From contig CM059432.1 of NCBI GenBank assembly GCA_030390025.1, positions 88,662,001-88,726,000 of the forward strand: a stretch of DNA of 64,000 nucleotides, in the 5' to 3' direction. A model generated the notes under the pieces. That model saw only the letters and a program-made list of their open reading frames with translations, searched no databases and was not told the origin of the DNA. Positions 49,450 through 61,193 of this stretch are shown here, piece after piece. Numbering within the stretch: the first letter of the stretch is position 1; the number at the start of each line of letters is the position of its first letter. The stretch is from Squalus acanthias (lineage: Eukaryota). The translations under genes were made by a program, and so were the position numbers.

Positions 49450-51334
49450 ATGGGGAGGGTGAGAGAACGCGCTCATCGCTTCACCGAGCGGGCCTTGGAT
49501 GCTTTGGTTGGCGCAGTGGAGCGCAGACGATGTATGCTGTTCCCTGAGAGTGGCAGAAGGCCTTTGCCACGCGAGTTCAGAAGAGTGTGGAGGGAGGTGG
49601 CTCAGAGCGTCTCCTCCAGGAGCATGGTGCCCAGGACCCATACTCAATGCCGCAAAAAGTTCAACGACCTCACTCGGGTCGTCAGGGTGAGTGGCTTTTT
49701 CTCAATACCTCTCCATCCCTCCATCTGAACCTCACTCTATGGCCAGAGGGTCTTAAAACCCCAATGCACAACACTCATCCAACACCTATGGCCCTTTCAT
49801 TAAACACACACACACATTCCACACTTTGCATTCAGTAAGGGCTATTCACCTATGGGAGGCACATCAGGCAACACCATGGCTGTATATTGTAAGGGCTATT
49901 CAGCTATGGGAGGCACATCAGGCAAGACCATGGCTGTATATTGTAAGGGCTATTCACCTATGGGAGGCACATCAGGCAAGACCATGGCTGTATATTTACT
50001 CAGATGCTGTCCTTTTTCTTGCAGGCTAAGCTGGCTCATAATAGGAGACAGCAGCAACGGACAGGTGGAGGGCGGCCTCAGCTGCAACCCCTCAGCGATC
50101 TTGACGAGCGCATCCACAGGATTGTGGCAAGCCGGGTGATCGGTCCCGTCGCCACTGGAGACGCCGACCCCGTTCTGGACAGCAATGGTAAGGTCATCAC
50201 CTTTTTGTCCTCTGTCCTTCCACTTGTCCCTCACAACACCAGCCTTTGACACTTTCAATACAACTTGCTAACTCGCTGCACTTATTCCTCCCTTACTGCC
50301 ACCCTGTCCTCACGCTAAAGCCACTCTTGTACCTCCCTGCTTTCAGATGGTGATTCACCAGCTGAGGAGACGGGCCCTGAAGCTGCCACTGGGAGTGATG
50401 CTGCAGCTGAGGAGGAAGAGGAAGCCAGAGCATCAGTGCCACCCTCTCCCGAGGAAGCCCATGCCCACACTGGGAACACGCCTTCCCCGGAGGGGAGCAG
50501 GGGGGAAGGGTCTGATGAGGGTGAAGCTCCAGGACCCAGCTGGCTGCAGCAACGCCATGGGGGGGGGGGGGGGGTAGGGAAGAACGGGGGCCTTCTCCCC
50601 AGAGGGAGAGTATGCCAGACACTCCTACTGCAATGGACGCAGAGGAGGAGCGGCTGATTGCAGAAATGAACACCCAGGCGGTGGGCATGCACACTGAGCT
50701 CATGGGTGCAGTGGGAAGGGTGCCCGAATGCATTGAGTCACTGGCAAGGAGTGTGGAGCACTTCGCTGTAGCACAGGCGGATGCCACACTAACGCTTAGT
50801 GCTGCAATTCAGTCACTGGCTGCCGTGATCCCATCTCTGACTGCTCTCATACAGACTCAGATGGAGGCCATGCGAGCACAGACTGCTGCCAACCTCGATG
50901 GTTCGTGCACATGTCCCCGGGGCTGTCACCGCGCTGCAGCAGGCCAGCAATCTGTTCTCCGGCAGATTGCTCCGGATGCTGAAGTGCTGCCCCGTGGGAG
51001 TGCCAGTGTGTCGGGCGAGCAGGGAGTTGCTGTCCTCTCTCACGATGACAGCATTCCTGCTGCCAACACTGTCACTTCTCCACTGCACTTGCCACCGCCT
51101 GTAGGACAGACTGCTGCCGCCCATGCAGAGTTGGTGCAGTCTGCAGCCGGGCCCTCCAGGCCCAGAAGTAGTCGAGGCCGTCCTTCAGGGGCATCTGCAG
51201 TGTCAGGGTCTGACGAGCAGCAGCCTTCCACCAGCCTTGCTGCAGCCACTGAGGTCCCATTACGGAGGAGCAGTAGGGTTAGAAGGGGGGAAGTGCGCAA
51301 GGGAAGGAGATCACCCTCGAAGGGCAAAAAGTAG
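49450..51334 (+). CDS. Harbinger Myb/SANT-like partner, exons 49450-49686, 50025-50187, 50347-51334; one frame break in a G16 run
   Basis: GT-AG junctions keep frame (phases 0 and 1). RERAHRFTERALDALV...WREVA...QCRKKFNDLTRVVR|AKLAHNRRQQQRTGGG. Frames before and after 50559-50574 are each open. Confidence 0.75.
49835..49996 (+). repeat. 3 x 54-bp tandem repeat in Myb intron 1
   Basis: Units start at 49835, 49889 and 49943: GTAAGGGCTATTCACCTATGGGAGGCACATCAGGCAACACCATGGCTGTATATT. Confidence 0.92.
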
Positions 51335-51628
51335 GAGGTGTGACAAAATACTGGTCATTTTTTAATTAAAGGCCGAGGTTCATGGTCCAACTTTTGTTTA
51401 GTGTTTTGGACATTATCTCCAGGTTGTGAGAACCAGTTATGTTATTGACTGTTTTTTTGTGTTTATTTCTATGAGTTTGTCATGAGGAATTGACACACAC
51501 AGAGTTTGTAAAATAAATAAGTTTCTGTATTCAAAATATACATGGCTGGTGGTTGGAATTATTGGTGCCTTGGCCGGCTTAGGGGTTGCGTGCTGGGTTG
51601 ATTAATGTTGGTAGCAATGGCAGGGGCC

Positions 51629-52789
51629 CTAGAAGCGGCTTGCTATTAGCCGTTGACGGACGGCCCTTGCAGTTTGACCATTGTGGGCCGCCCTCTCGCC
51701 TTGGTGCTGCTGATGATCATCATCCTCGTCCTCTTCCTCCTCTTCCTCCTCCTCCTCTGGTGGTGCTACAAGGCCTGGTGGCATTGGCTGGCTCCTGAGG
51801 ATTGCCATGTTGTGCAACATGCAGCACACGACTACGAAGTTCGATACTTGCTCAAGCGAGTACTGCAGGGCTCCTCCGGAATGGTCCAGACAGCGGAACC
51901 GTTGTTTCAGCACGCCGATTGTGCGCTCAATAATGTTCCTGGTTGCTTGATGGCTTTCATTGTACCGCAGCTCAGCAGGGGTGTTTGGCGTACGGAGCGG
52001 TGTCATCAGCCAGGTGCTCAATGCGTACCCCTTGTCCCCGAGAAGCCAACCAACTGGCTGATGCGGTGCCTCGAAAAGTTCTGCCACAGTAGTCTGGCGC
52101 AGGATAAAAGCATCGTGGCAGCTGCCAGGATAGTGGGCATTGACAGCGAGTATCAGCTGTCTGTGGTCACAGACCAACTGGACATTCAAGGAATGGAACC
52201 CCTTTCTGTTCCTGAATTCCTCTGCATTCTCACGCGGAGCACGCAAAGCCACATGCGTGCAGTCAATGGCGCCCTGCACCATGGGGAAGCCCGCTACCCT
52301 CGCAAAGCCCAGAGCGCGGTCACGCTGCTTGTCTGGGGTCATAGGGAAAGAGATGAACTCTCGTCTCCTTCTGAAGAGGGCATTTGTGACCTGCCGGATG
52401 CAGCGATGCACCGCGAACTGGGAGATATTGGCGAGGTCCCCAACAGCAGCTTGGAATGAGCCAGTGGCGTAGAAGTTCAAAGCCACTGTGACCTTCACTG
52501 CCACCGACAGAGACGTCCTGGACCTCAGTTGAGGCTGCAGATCTGGCTGCAGCAGGTGGCAGAGCTCAGTGACCACCTCCTTGCTGAATCGCAGCCTTCG
52601 CAAACACAGCTCCTCGGACATATGGATGTAGGAGAGCTGTTCACGATATACCCTGGGAGGGTAAGCTCTCCTGTACATGCGCCTGATGGCCCTCCTCCGT
52701 CTGGCCATCATTGCCACTCTCTCTCTGCATCTCTGTATCCTCCGATTCAGCTGGAGCAGGACGACGCCCCCAATCAGTGCAGCCCCCAT
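51629..52789 (-). CDS. Harbinger DDE transposase, uninterrupted 386-aa ORF
   Basis: ATG 52789 (MGAAL) aligns with MGAVL of copy E. GAIDCTHV, YPGSCHDA, LLGDKGY and IERTIGVLKQRF motifs are all intact. Confidence 0.93.
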   Translation of the reverse strand: MGAALIGGVVLLQLNRRIQRCRERVAMMARRRRAIRRMYRRAYPPRVYREQLSYIHMSEELCLRRLRFSKEVVTELCHLLQPDLQPQLRSRTSLSVAVKVTVALNFYATGSFQAAVGDLANISQFAVHRCIRQVTNALFRRRREFISFPMTPDKQRDRALGFARVAGFPMVQGAIDCTHVALRAPRENAEEFRNRKGFHSLNVQLVCDHRQLILAVNAHYPGSCHDAFILRQTTVAELFEAPHQPVGWLLGDKGYALSTWLMTPLRTPNTPAELRYNESHQATRNIIERTIGVLKQRFRCLDHSGGALQYSLEQVSNFVVVCCMLHNMAILRSQPMPPGLVAPPEEEEEEEEEDEDDDHQQHQGERAAHNGQTARAVRQRLIASRF

Positions 52790-53351
52790 ATTCTCTTTGC
52801 AAGAAAAGTAATGAGGGACAGCCACTAAAGTAGCAACAAAGTTAGGATGAATAGGCAAAACTACCTCACAAAGCGTTGAGTCAATGTAGAAGTCTCTCTC
52901 TCTCTCTCTCCGAATCTCTCTCTCTCTCTCAGAACGAGTGGTGCATAAATGTCGACCACAGAAAAAGACAGGAAGAGGCCCCCTTTAAATTGCGCCCCCC
53001 CCCAGCCCCACAGCGATTGATAGCGTTCCAGTCTTCCGGTCGTTGGAAGCGCCAGGCGGTAAGGCAGGGGGCGCCACTCAATTTCCGCTCCGGGGCGCCC
53101 CAAGGGCGTTGCACCATGGAATGACGTCATAATCTGCGCGCGCAGGTGGTCACAGCGGTAAGTTTTAGCGCCGCCGCACAATCTCTGGTTAAGTTCTCGA
53201 GCGGCGCAAACATCGCTGCGCCCGGGCGTTAGCGGCTTTGCGCCCCATTAGCGCCCTCTTAAGGCGCTAACGGGAGGCGCAACCAACTGAATTTTTACCC
53301 CATTGTTCTCTGTCTATATATGCTTTGTAACTGATTTGTATTCCCTCACTG

Positions 53352-53386
53352 TACCTGACGAAGGAGCAGAGCTCCGAAAGCTCGTA
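53352..53386 (+). ncRNA. Minimal type I hammerhead ribozyme (right pLTR)
   Basis: TAC-CTGACGA-A-GGAGC(AGA)GCTCC-GAAA-GC-TC-GTA; predicted cleavage after C53383. Confidence 0.8.
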
Positions 53387-55050
53387 ATTTCAAATAAAAC
53401 TGTTGGACTATAACCTGGTGTTGTGCGACTTCTCATTTTTCTCCACCCCAGTCCAACACCGGCATCTCCGCATCTTGATTAATAAATAGGAAGAGTTGCA
53501 ACACATATATGTATAATACTCATTATAAAATCAAGACATCTGAAAGATTATTTGTTTAAAGCTGGTTGATCACTCTTTACATATCTACAATACTCTTGCT
53601 AAAATACAACAGTTTTAGGTGTGGCGAATGCACAATATTTGAATTTAGATAGTAATTGCTATGAGATGTAATGGATGGTCAGACATTCTGATATCAGGAC
53701 AGAAAAACAACCTATATAATATACACTAGGAAAATAAGCTGGATTGATTTGTTTAGTCAAATGTATTTCTGAGATTTGGCACGTGAGACGTCTTGCAAAT
53801 TGATGCAAAAACATTTCAGCACTAGTCACCGATCACCAGTGCTGAGCCAGTCGTTGGTTTATGTTGGTGATATCCGGTTTCAACAAATGGATTTGGGGGT
53901 CTTTCTTTGTCTTTTTTATCCAATTTGCACCAGAATAATTTACTTGTGACCATTAGCAGGATAAATCGGCAAAATTTGATTGGATTTGTACAGAACAAAT
54001 ACTGCAGTGTAACTGGTGCTTAAGATAGAAAATAAAAATAATTGTCTTACAAGTATTTATTTTCCTATCCTCTTAAAGATGTTCTGGGGTTGAACTAATC
54101 ACATACATTGTTTCTGAAATGATTTGCTTGTTGGTGAAGTGCTGTCGTTGAGTAGCTCTGCGACATTAATAAAACACACTAGATTTTCGTTTAGCTGCTA
54201 AAGCAACTCTGTTTCCATCAAGCATGTCTCAGGTTTTCATGAAGAAATTCGAGTGGTAGAGGTGAAAAATGACTTTTCTCACCCGGTCATCTGTCTGTCG
54301 TGTATTAGTCAGGACAGTGTTTGTCCTGAAGTGTATCATTCTGAAGTTGTTAGGTATGCAATATGCTCAATGTAAGTCCATCAGACTCTGCAAAGTTGAT
54401 TAGAACAGATCGCCTTTCAGAAAAGGTGCAGGTTATCTCAACAGATTGACTGAAGAAGACTAATCATAAGCATATGTTTAGAAAAGGAACAAATCTTAAT
54501 TTTGCAGTTCGATGCATATGGGGGCAAATACCAGAGACCTTCACTCCTCACCACGCTGGAGTCTCTGGGGTTAGTGAGGTATCAAGGGGGAAAAATTCAG
54601 TTGGTTCGTGCCTTTAGTTAGTGCCTGGTGGGGGCGCTAATGGGGCGTTGAGGCAGTAGCGCTGGGGCGAGGTGAATCCAGCGCCGAACGCCAAATCAGC
54701 CGGGGACCTCAGCGCCAGGCAGATTGTGACGCCAGTGCAATGCTCACTGGGCGCCCGATCTGCAAAATTCATTGTCACCCGCTGCCTTAGTGCCTCGCCC
54801 CGACAGCGACAGGGAGAGGAGGCGTCACGCAGGCAGATGCCGGCTCCAGGGGCGCTACTTAAAGGGATCATGAGTAATGAGTGGCAGCTGTCAGGTGAGT
54901 GCTGTTTCACTGCTTCCTTGTCAGTTTGACATTGTGTAACAGTTTAATTCAGTTATTTAAAGGTTATTTAGCATCAGGAGTGTTGTGGCTACTAACAATT
55001 AGTTACATTTATTCTCACAACATATCAAAGTGCTACACTTCATTACATTA

Positions 55051-56135
55051 ATGGGGGCTGTACTGGCAGTCGACCTCACCATCCAGGATCTACTGCGGAG
55101 AGAGCGGAGGCAGCGAGAAAGATTGGAACATGTGGCTAGAGGGAGGAGAAGGGCCATCAGGGCTCTCAACAGGAGGCCTTACCCGCCGAGGGTATTCCGA
55201 GAGCACTTCTCCTACCTCCAATTAAGCAAGGAGCAGTGTATTAGAAGGCTCCGCTTCAGCAAGGAGGTGATCACAGAACTCTGCCACCTCCTGCAACCAG
55301 ACCTCCAGCCTCAGATCAGGGCAACCACAGCTCTCTCAGTGGCAGTCAAGGTCACCGTCACCCTCAATTTCTTCGCCAGCGGATCCTTCCAGTCTGCAAC
55401 AGGAGATATAGCTAACATCTCGCAGTTCGCCGTCCATCGCTACATCCGGGAGGTCACAGAGGCTCTCTACAGTAGGAGAAGGAACTACATTTCCTTCCCC
55501 ATCACCAGAGAAAAGCAGGACGAACATGCATGTGGCTTTGCCAGGATAGCAGGATTCCCCATGGTGCAGGGCACCATTGACTGCACCCACGTGGCTTTGT
55601 GGGCACCGCATAACAATCTTGAGATCTTCCGTAACTGCAAAGGCTGCTACTCACTTAATGTGCAGTTGGTGTGCGACCACAGACAGCGAATCCTCAATGT
55701 GAATGCCAGCTATCCTGGCAGCAGCCATGATGCCATCATCCTGCGCTAGAACGGTGTGCCAGCACTCTTCCAGCCACCATGTCAAGCCCGTGGCTGGCTG
55801 ATCGGAGACAAGGGTTATCCGCTCTCCACCTGACTCATGACTCCCCTCTGCAATCCCAACACTCCTGCCCAGCACTCATATAATGAGAGCTCTGCCACCA
55901 CCAGGAACATCATTGAGCAGACCATTGGCCTGCTCAAGCAACGGTTCCGCTGCCTTGACTGCTCAGGAAGAGCCCCTCAGTACTCGGCTAAGCGGGTGTC
56001 CCATTTCGTCGTGGTCTGCTGCATGCTCCACATCTTGGCCATCATGAGGGCCCAGCCCTTGCCACCAGGGATTGCGGGACCACCTCAGGAGGAGGAAGAG
56101 GGAGAGGGGAAGGAGGAGAAGGTCAAGGAGGAAGA

Positions 56136-56166
<31 letters not shown>

Positions 56167-56253
56167 TATCAGGAGCAAAGGAGAAGGCAGCCACTCAATC
56201 GGCCTTCTGGAAGGGTGGTCAGTGACCGCCACATCAGACTGCGGTTCCAATGA
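55051..56253 (+). pseudogene. Harbinger transposase, single frame with two nonsense codons (55747 TAG, 55831 TGA)
   Basis: GTIDCTHV, YPGSSHDA, LIGDKGY and [12 protein letters not shown] motifs; long acidic tail. Confidence 0.9.
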
Positions 56254-56408
56254 ATTAAACCCCAGATCACCACATCCCCATCATTCCATCCCTGTTGCAG
56301 GTCATATCACAGTGCAAAGCTGAAATGAGAGACACCACAAAATAATCCAAACTGAATTAATAAATTTATCAATAATTAGTGAACACATATTTACAACAAC
56401 AATATTAA

Positions 56409-58291
56409 CTATTCACCCTTGTGCAATCCCTTAGCGCCTCTCTTTACTGTGCCTTTGCCTACTCTAGTGCTCCTACGAAGTGTTGGCCCAGAGGCTGCAG
56501 CAGGGCTGGTAGAAGGCTGCTGAGTGTCCGGATGGGAGACTTCAGATGGCCTTGCAAGATGCCCTTGACCAGCTCTGGGCCTGGAAGGCCCGGCTGTAGA
56601 CTGCACCCTCAGCAGGGGCAGCAGCAGTCCGGGCTGGCTGGATGACAGGCAGCGACAAGGACAATGGTGGAGTGGCAGTGGTGGGAGTAGGAATGCTGTC
56701 ATCCTGAGAGAGGACAGCAGGTTCCTGCTCCACTGACCCACTGCCACTTCCCCGGGGAAGCACCTCAGCATCCCTAGCAATCTGCTGCGACACCATGAAA
56801 GCCCCGGGTCGACGGTGGTAGACCCAGCCACGATGGTATCAGTCACAGCTTGCGTTGCATCAAGCTGAGACTGCATGAGAGCAATCTGAGATTGGATGCC
56901 ACCAAGCATAGACTGCATTACAGCACTAAGACGTTGCATCACTTCCGCCTGTGCTGCAATGGAAGCTGCCAGATCGCCCATCACACGCGGCATCAGGTCT
57001 GGGTCGCCACGGTCTCTCTGGGAGTCTACCATCCTTTGCAGACTGGAAATGATGGGCTCCACGGTGGGCGCAGAGCCTTGTGCAATGTTGGAGGCGAACT
57101 CCTCCACGCTCCTCACCATTGCCAAGAGGCTCTCGGCCACCCTTGCCATTGAACCTATCATCTTCGTGTGCATGCCCATCACCCTTCTTCTAAAGGCCTC
57201 CCCTTCGAGGTCCTCATCTGAGTCCTGTGCAGCAGAACTCACGTGCAAAGTCGCCCTCCGGGGAGCTGCCCCCGAGCTACCCTTTCTTCCCTGGCCTTGC
57301 TGCAGCCCGCTCGTCTCCGGTGCCTCACCCTGTGCAGATCCCGCTAATATACTAACCTCTAAAGAACGCGTAGGTGCCAGCATCTGAGCTGGTGCCTGCG
57401 TTTGAGACATGCAGTGATGCGGTGTGTTCTTCCTCCTCTTCATCTCCCGCCTCGCTCTCAACGGTACCCTCAGGGACAGGTTGCTCAGGTGCTTGCTCAT
57501 TATCTGAATGCATAAAGGAACAAGATTCGGGTTAAGGTGAGGGAAGGGAACAGGAAGGCAGAAAGGCATGCATACATCATGTTTAGCTGGAAAGTGCGAA
57601 AGGCTTGTGGGGTAAGGGGGAAGTGGGATGTGGTAAGAAGGAGTAGGGATGAACATACTGTTGTTGTCCCCAAGGGGGTCAACGTCACCAGTGGCCATGG
57701 TGCCAACCACCTGGCGCCCAATAATCTGCAGCACTCAAGTCTCTAGCTCAGACAGTGGTTGGGTGTCGGCTTGTCCCCCACCTGTGTGTTCTTGCTCCCT
57801 CCTGTTGTGAGCCACCTTGGCCTGCAAGAGAAAGGAAAGTGTGTGAGTGAGTGTGGAGCAATGTGTTTGGGTGATGTGCCTGCCATAGTTGAATAGCTGT
57901 CATTGTGTGCAAGTTGTGAGATGTGGGTGCGTGTGTTAGTAGGTAAAGATTGTTGGTGAGTGAGCGCTGTGGGTGTAATGCTTTGGGCAGTGTGTGCAGA
58001 CTGTGGTTCAGATGATGGTATGTAGCATTTGTTGAAGCATTGACTCACCCTGACCACCTGAGTGAGGTCGTTAAATTTCTCCCTGCACTGTGTGTGGGTT
58101 CTGGGGACCACAGTGCTGCCCAAGATATGCTGGGCTAGCTCCCTCCACGTGGTGCGGAAGACTTGTGGCGAGGGTGTCCTGCCACTTGCCAGGTTGAGCA
58201 CCGCCCTCCGTCTTTCCACTGCGAACACCAAGGCCTCCAATGCATTGTCGCAGGATCTGCGGGCTCTCTCCCTGGGGCGTGGATCTGCCAT
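56409..58291 (-). pseudogene. Harbinger Myb/SANT-like gene (exons 58291-58049, 57821-57659, 57503-56409)
   Basis: Exon 2 is 163 nt as in copy F but has a stop; frameshifts in exon 3. Confidence 0.85.
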
Positions 58292-59277
58292 CATTACTGC
58301 TGCTTGAGTTGTCTGGCTCCATCTCCTTGACCTGCTGCTGCTGGCTGAGATGGCTGCACAGCCAGCAATGATGAGAATGAGGTTCTGCAGCATCAATGAA
58401 CCTTCCCTTTAAGTACTGGAAAGAGCCTGTGGCAATGATGACTTGTGATTAAACTTCACCTGATATTGGTCAGTGCTTCGAGTTTAACACCACTGAGCTA
58501 GGCCATTAATGCTTGAGTTAGCGCTCCAATTCTTTCTTTGTGCAATGAGACTGAATTTTGCCTGACGCTAATTCTCAAACTTTTCAAAAGTTACCGCCCA
58601 TTCCTTGGCTATAATGAATTTCTACCCCCAACTGTTTAACAGATATTGGGCAAGGTGCCCAGCCATTATCCGAACATCTTGGACGTTCACTACGGGGCCG
58701 CGGGGGGAATGGGGAATGCAGCTCCGGATGGCCGCATGTTGGGCTCTTTCCCTCAAAGTGCAGGAAGAGAGGTAGACCATCCCTCTCGTTAGGTAGGTTC
58801 AACAGGGAACAATATCCTTACTTTTCAATGTGCCATAATGCCAACCTGGAGATCCAAGTGGGTCCTACTTCAGTCCCTTGGCAGAATTGTATGCCGAGTT
58901 TATCCTGGCTGAGGAAATTACCAGCATGGTAGATCCCTCTACTCAACCCCCCCACCTTCAACATTGTAGACCATATTTCAGGCATGTGGAACCTCCACTC
59001 ACCTCAGGCCACGATTTTACCATCGGCGGCGGGTTGGAGTCGGGTTGGCTGTTTGGCGGGTTCCGGTCCCGCTGCCGGTTTCAGCCGCTCTGTATTAAAG
59101 ATTTTCCCTTCACTGGGCTTATTAAGCCCGTCGTGCGCGTTGCCCGGCCCAATCAGGGGGTTCGGGTCTGCTGCTCGCCTCTGCTGACGTCTTCCATCCA
59201 GCTGCATTTAAGGGGCCCATGCAGCCTTGTGGTTTTTCATTCACATTCTGCTGCTTCTCAGTATTACTGATAGCGAG

Positions 59278-61193
59278 ATGACTGCTTCAAGAGCCAAGGC
59301 TTCTCCCAGATTTGATGATGACTCCCTCCATGCTCTTGTGGAGGGAGTGAGAGGGCGTAAGGCGGTTCTGTTTCCCTCAAATGGACACAGGAAGCCTCCT
59401 CAGCAAACCAAGGCAGCCTGGCTGCAAATTGCTGAGGAGGTGAGCGCCAGGTCTTTGTGCTCACGCACCTGGGTTCAGTGCAGGAAAAGGTTCAATGATC
59501 TGCTACGCTCAGCAAAAGTGAGGATAACATCACACTTACCTTCAATCTGCTCCCCATCTCCTCTCATCACCGACACTCTGCATTGTCAACCTACTCAAGC
59601 ACATCCCAATTTACCCATACATCCCTTGCACCCTTAACCATCCCTCTCTCTCTATGTACAGACTCACTTCACCATTCTACTATGCACCCCTCACACTCGC
59701 TATCACTGTTATGCAATGACAACAACTAACAACGCACAGGGAGGGACCTTGGTATTGGCACCTCACTCCATCTTTTTCTCCCTCTAAGCATCTATGCTAT
59801 GGATTCTCTACACTCACTCCAACATTCTCACTCAAACTCCACTTGTGCCCCTCATTGCAGGAAAAGAGAGCCCACAATAAGAGGGAGAGGAGGAGGACAG
59901 GAGGAGGGCCACCTTCCATGGTACACTTGACCACCGCTGAGGAGGCTGCTTTCGACATCGTCAGAGGTGCTGAGGAGCTGGAAGTGGGGGACAGAGAGAG
60001 GGGCGCAGTAGAGCAAGCTGGTGACAGAATAGATTTGCAACCCTCTCATTTAGATTGCATGAGTGACTGATATGGCATCTGATGTTCATACAGATTGAGT
60101 TCTGATCATCTGCACAATTGGATGTGCCTGCTACATTAATTTCACATGTCTAACTCATGCCTTTACTCCCCCACAGGATCATCGAGAGCCCCCCTCCCCA
60201 CTGTCCAGGAGGAAGAGCCGGAAGACTCCTCAGAGGAAGCTGCAGCCTCTCAGGGAGCAGCAGTCAGCAGAATTCAGCGCACCCAGCACCAGCGCAGAGA
60301 CGCACACCTCGGTGGGTCATTCGCGAGATAGAGTAGTGTTGGCACCTGGTGTATCACAGCTCAGAAGTGAGCATCAGCAGATGGTGGAGACAGGGACAGC
60401 AGTGGAGAGTCCTCGTTGGAGGCCGCAGGACGCTCTTAGCTCTGCTCAGCTGCATGTGGACGCTATGCCTCTGGGGCCATCCAGAAAGAGAGCGGTGCTG
60501 GAACTTCAGGAACAAGTGCAGGAGTCTCTGACAGGGTTTGAAACCACTGTAACTGCGAGTGTGCAGAGAATGGAGGAGTCCATCTCAAACATGAGCAATG
60601 CCGTGGTGCACACAATGGCAAATGTAGGTGCCACCATGGAAAGGATGGCAACCTCCATGGAGGACATAAATCGCCAGACTGCAAATGAACATGGCAACTC
60701 TCTAAATAGATGGTCTGCTATGGATGATCGATGGCCATCTATTGATGAGAGGAACCAGAGGTACATGGATGTCCCCGTTATGAGGACTGTCAGTACAGAG
60801 ACGGGTCCTCATGGCCCCACTGATGTGCAGCAAGGTGCTCTGCAGCTACTTGCTAGCAGTGAAGTGCATGCGACCCATGAGAGGGATGTTGGTGGTCGAC
60901 AACAAGGAAGTGTGGGCTCCTCTCCAACTGCTCACACTCCCATGCCACTGCGGAACCCTCGGTCAGAGCCCCAGATTCCGCACCCAACTGAGATGGCCGT
61001 CTCAGCCCCTGCACAGCCGTAGGAGGAGCAGACTGTGTGCGAGCCCTCACAGGCTCACAAACCCAGAGGACGCCCGCCAAAGGTGTCAAAGCAGGCGCAG
61101 CATGAAAGTGAGCAAAGTGCCTCAACATCTGCTGAAGCCACAGGGGAAGCACCACGTAGAAGCACAGTTAAGAGAAAGTTAACACATAAATAG
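59278..61193 (+). pseudogene. Harbinger Myb/SANT-like gene (exons 59278-59517, 59861-60020, 60177-61193)
   Basis: PRFDDDSLHALVEG...WLQIAEEV...WVQCRKRFNDLLRSAK|EKRAHNKRERRRTGGG; frameshift near 60265 and TAG at 61020. Confidence 0.85.

Larger units (their letters stand above)
49092..53301. mobile_element. Full-length, near-intact Harbinger copy F (family 1), 4210 bp
   Basis: TIR GGGGTAGAAATT / GGGGTAAAAATT. TSD ATT (49089-91 / 53302-04). The empty site is preserved in the inverted Penelope arm (~46846-46864). Confidence 0.95.
46699..53474. mobile_element. Penelope P1 insertion with long inverted arm (46699-47783, -) and sense arm (47781-49091 plus 53305-53474, +)
   Basis: Perfect 14-bp TSD TTGATTAATAAATA (46685-98 / 53475-88). 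Left arm is the reverse complement of 48161-49091 plus 53305-53440. 34-nt tail only on the right. Confidence 0.93.
54586..58628. mobile_element. Full-length Harbinger copy E (family 1), 4043 bp
   Basis: TIR GGGGGAAAAATTCA / GGGGTAGAAATTCA; TSD CAA (54583-85 / 58629-31). Confidence 0.92.

Noticed and set aside
51629..52858. Transposase as the domesticated host gene HARBI1
   Set aside because: Bounded by TIRs and a TSD, paired with a Myb gene, multi-copy, and inserted in a Penelope element.
53700..54500. Possible ancient coding relic on the - strand
   Set aside because: Only short stop-bounded peptides with no motif I can identify; needs a translated search.
56409..57734. 441-aa ORF as an intact single-exon gene
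   Set aside because: It reads through intron 2 and changes homologous frame relative to copies B and F; part of a degenerate spliced Myb gene.
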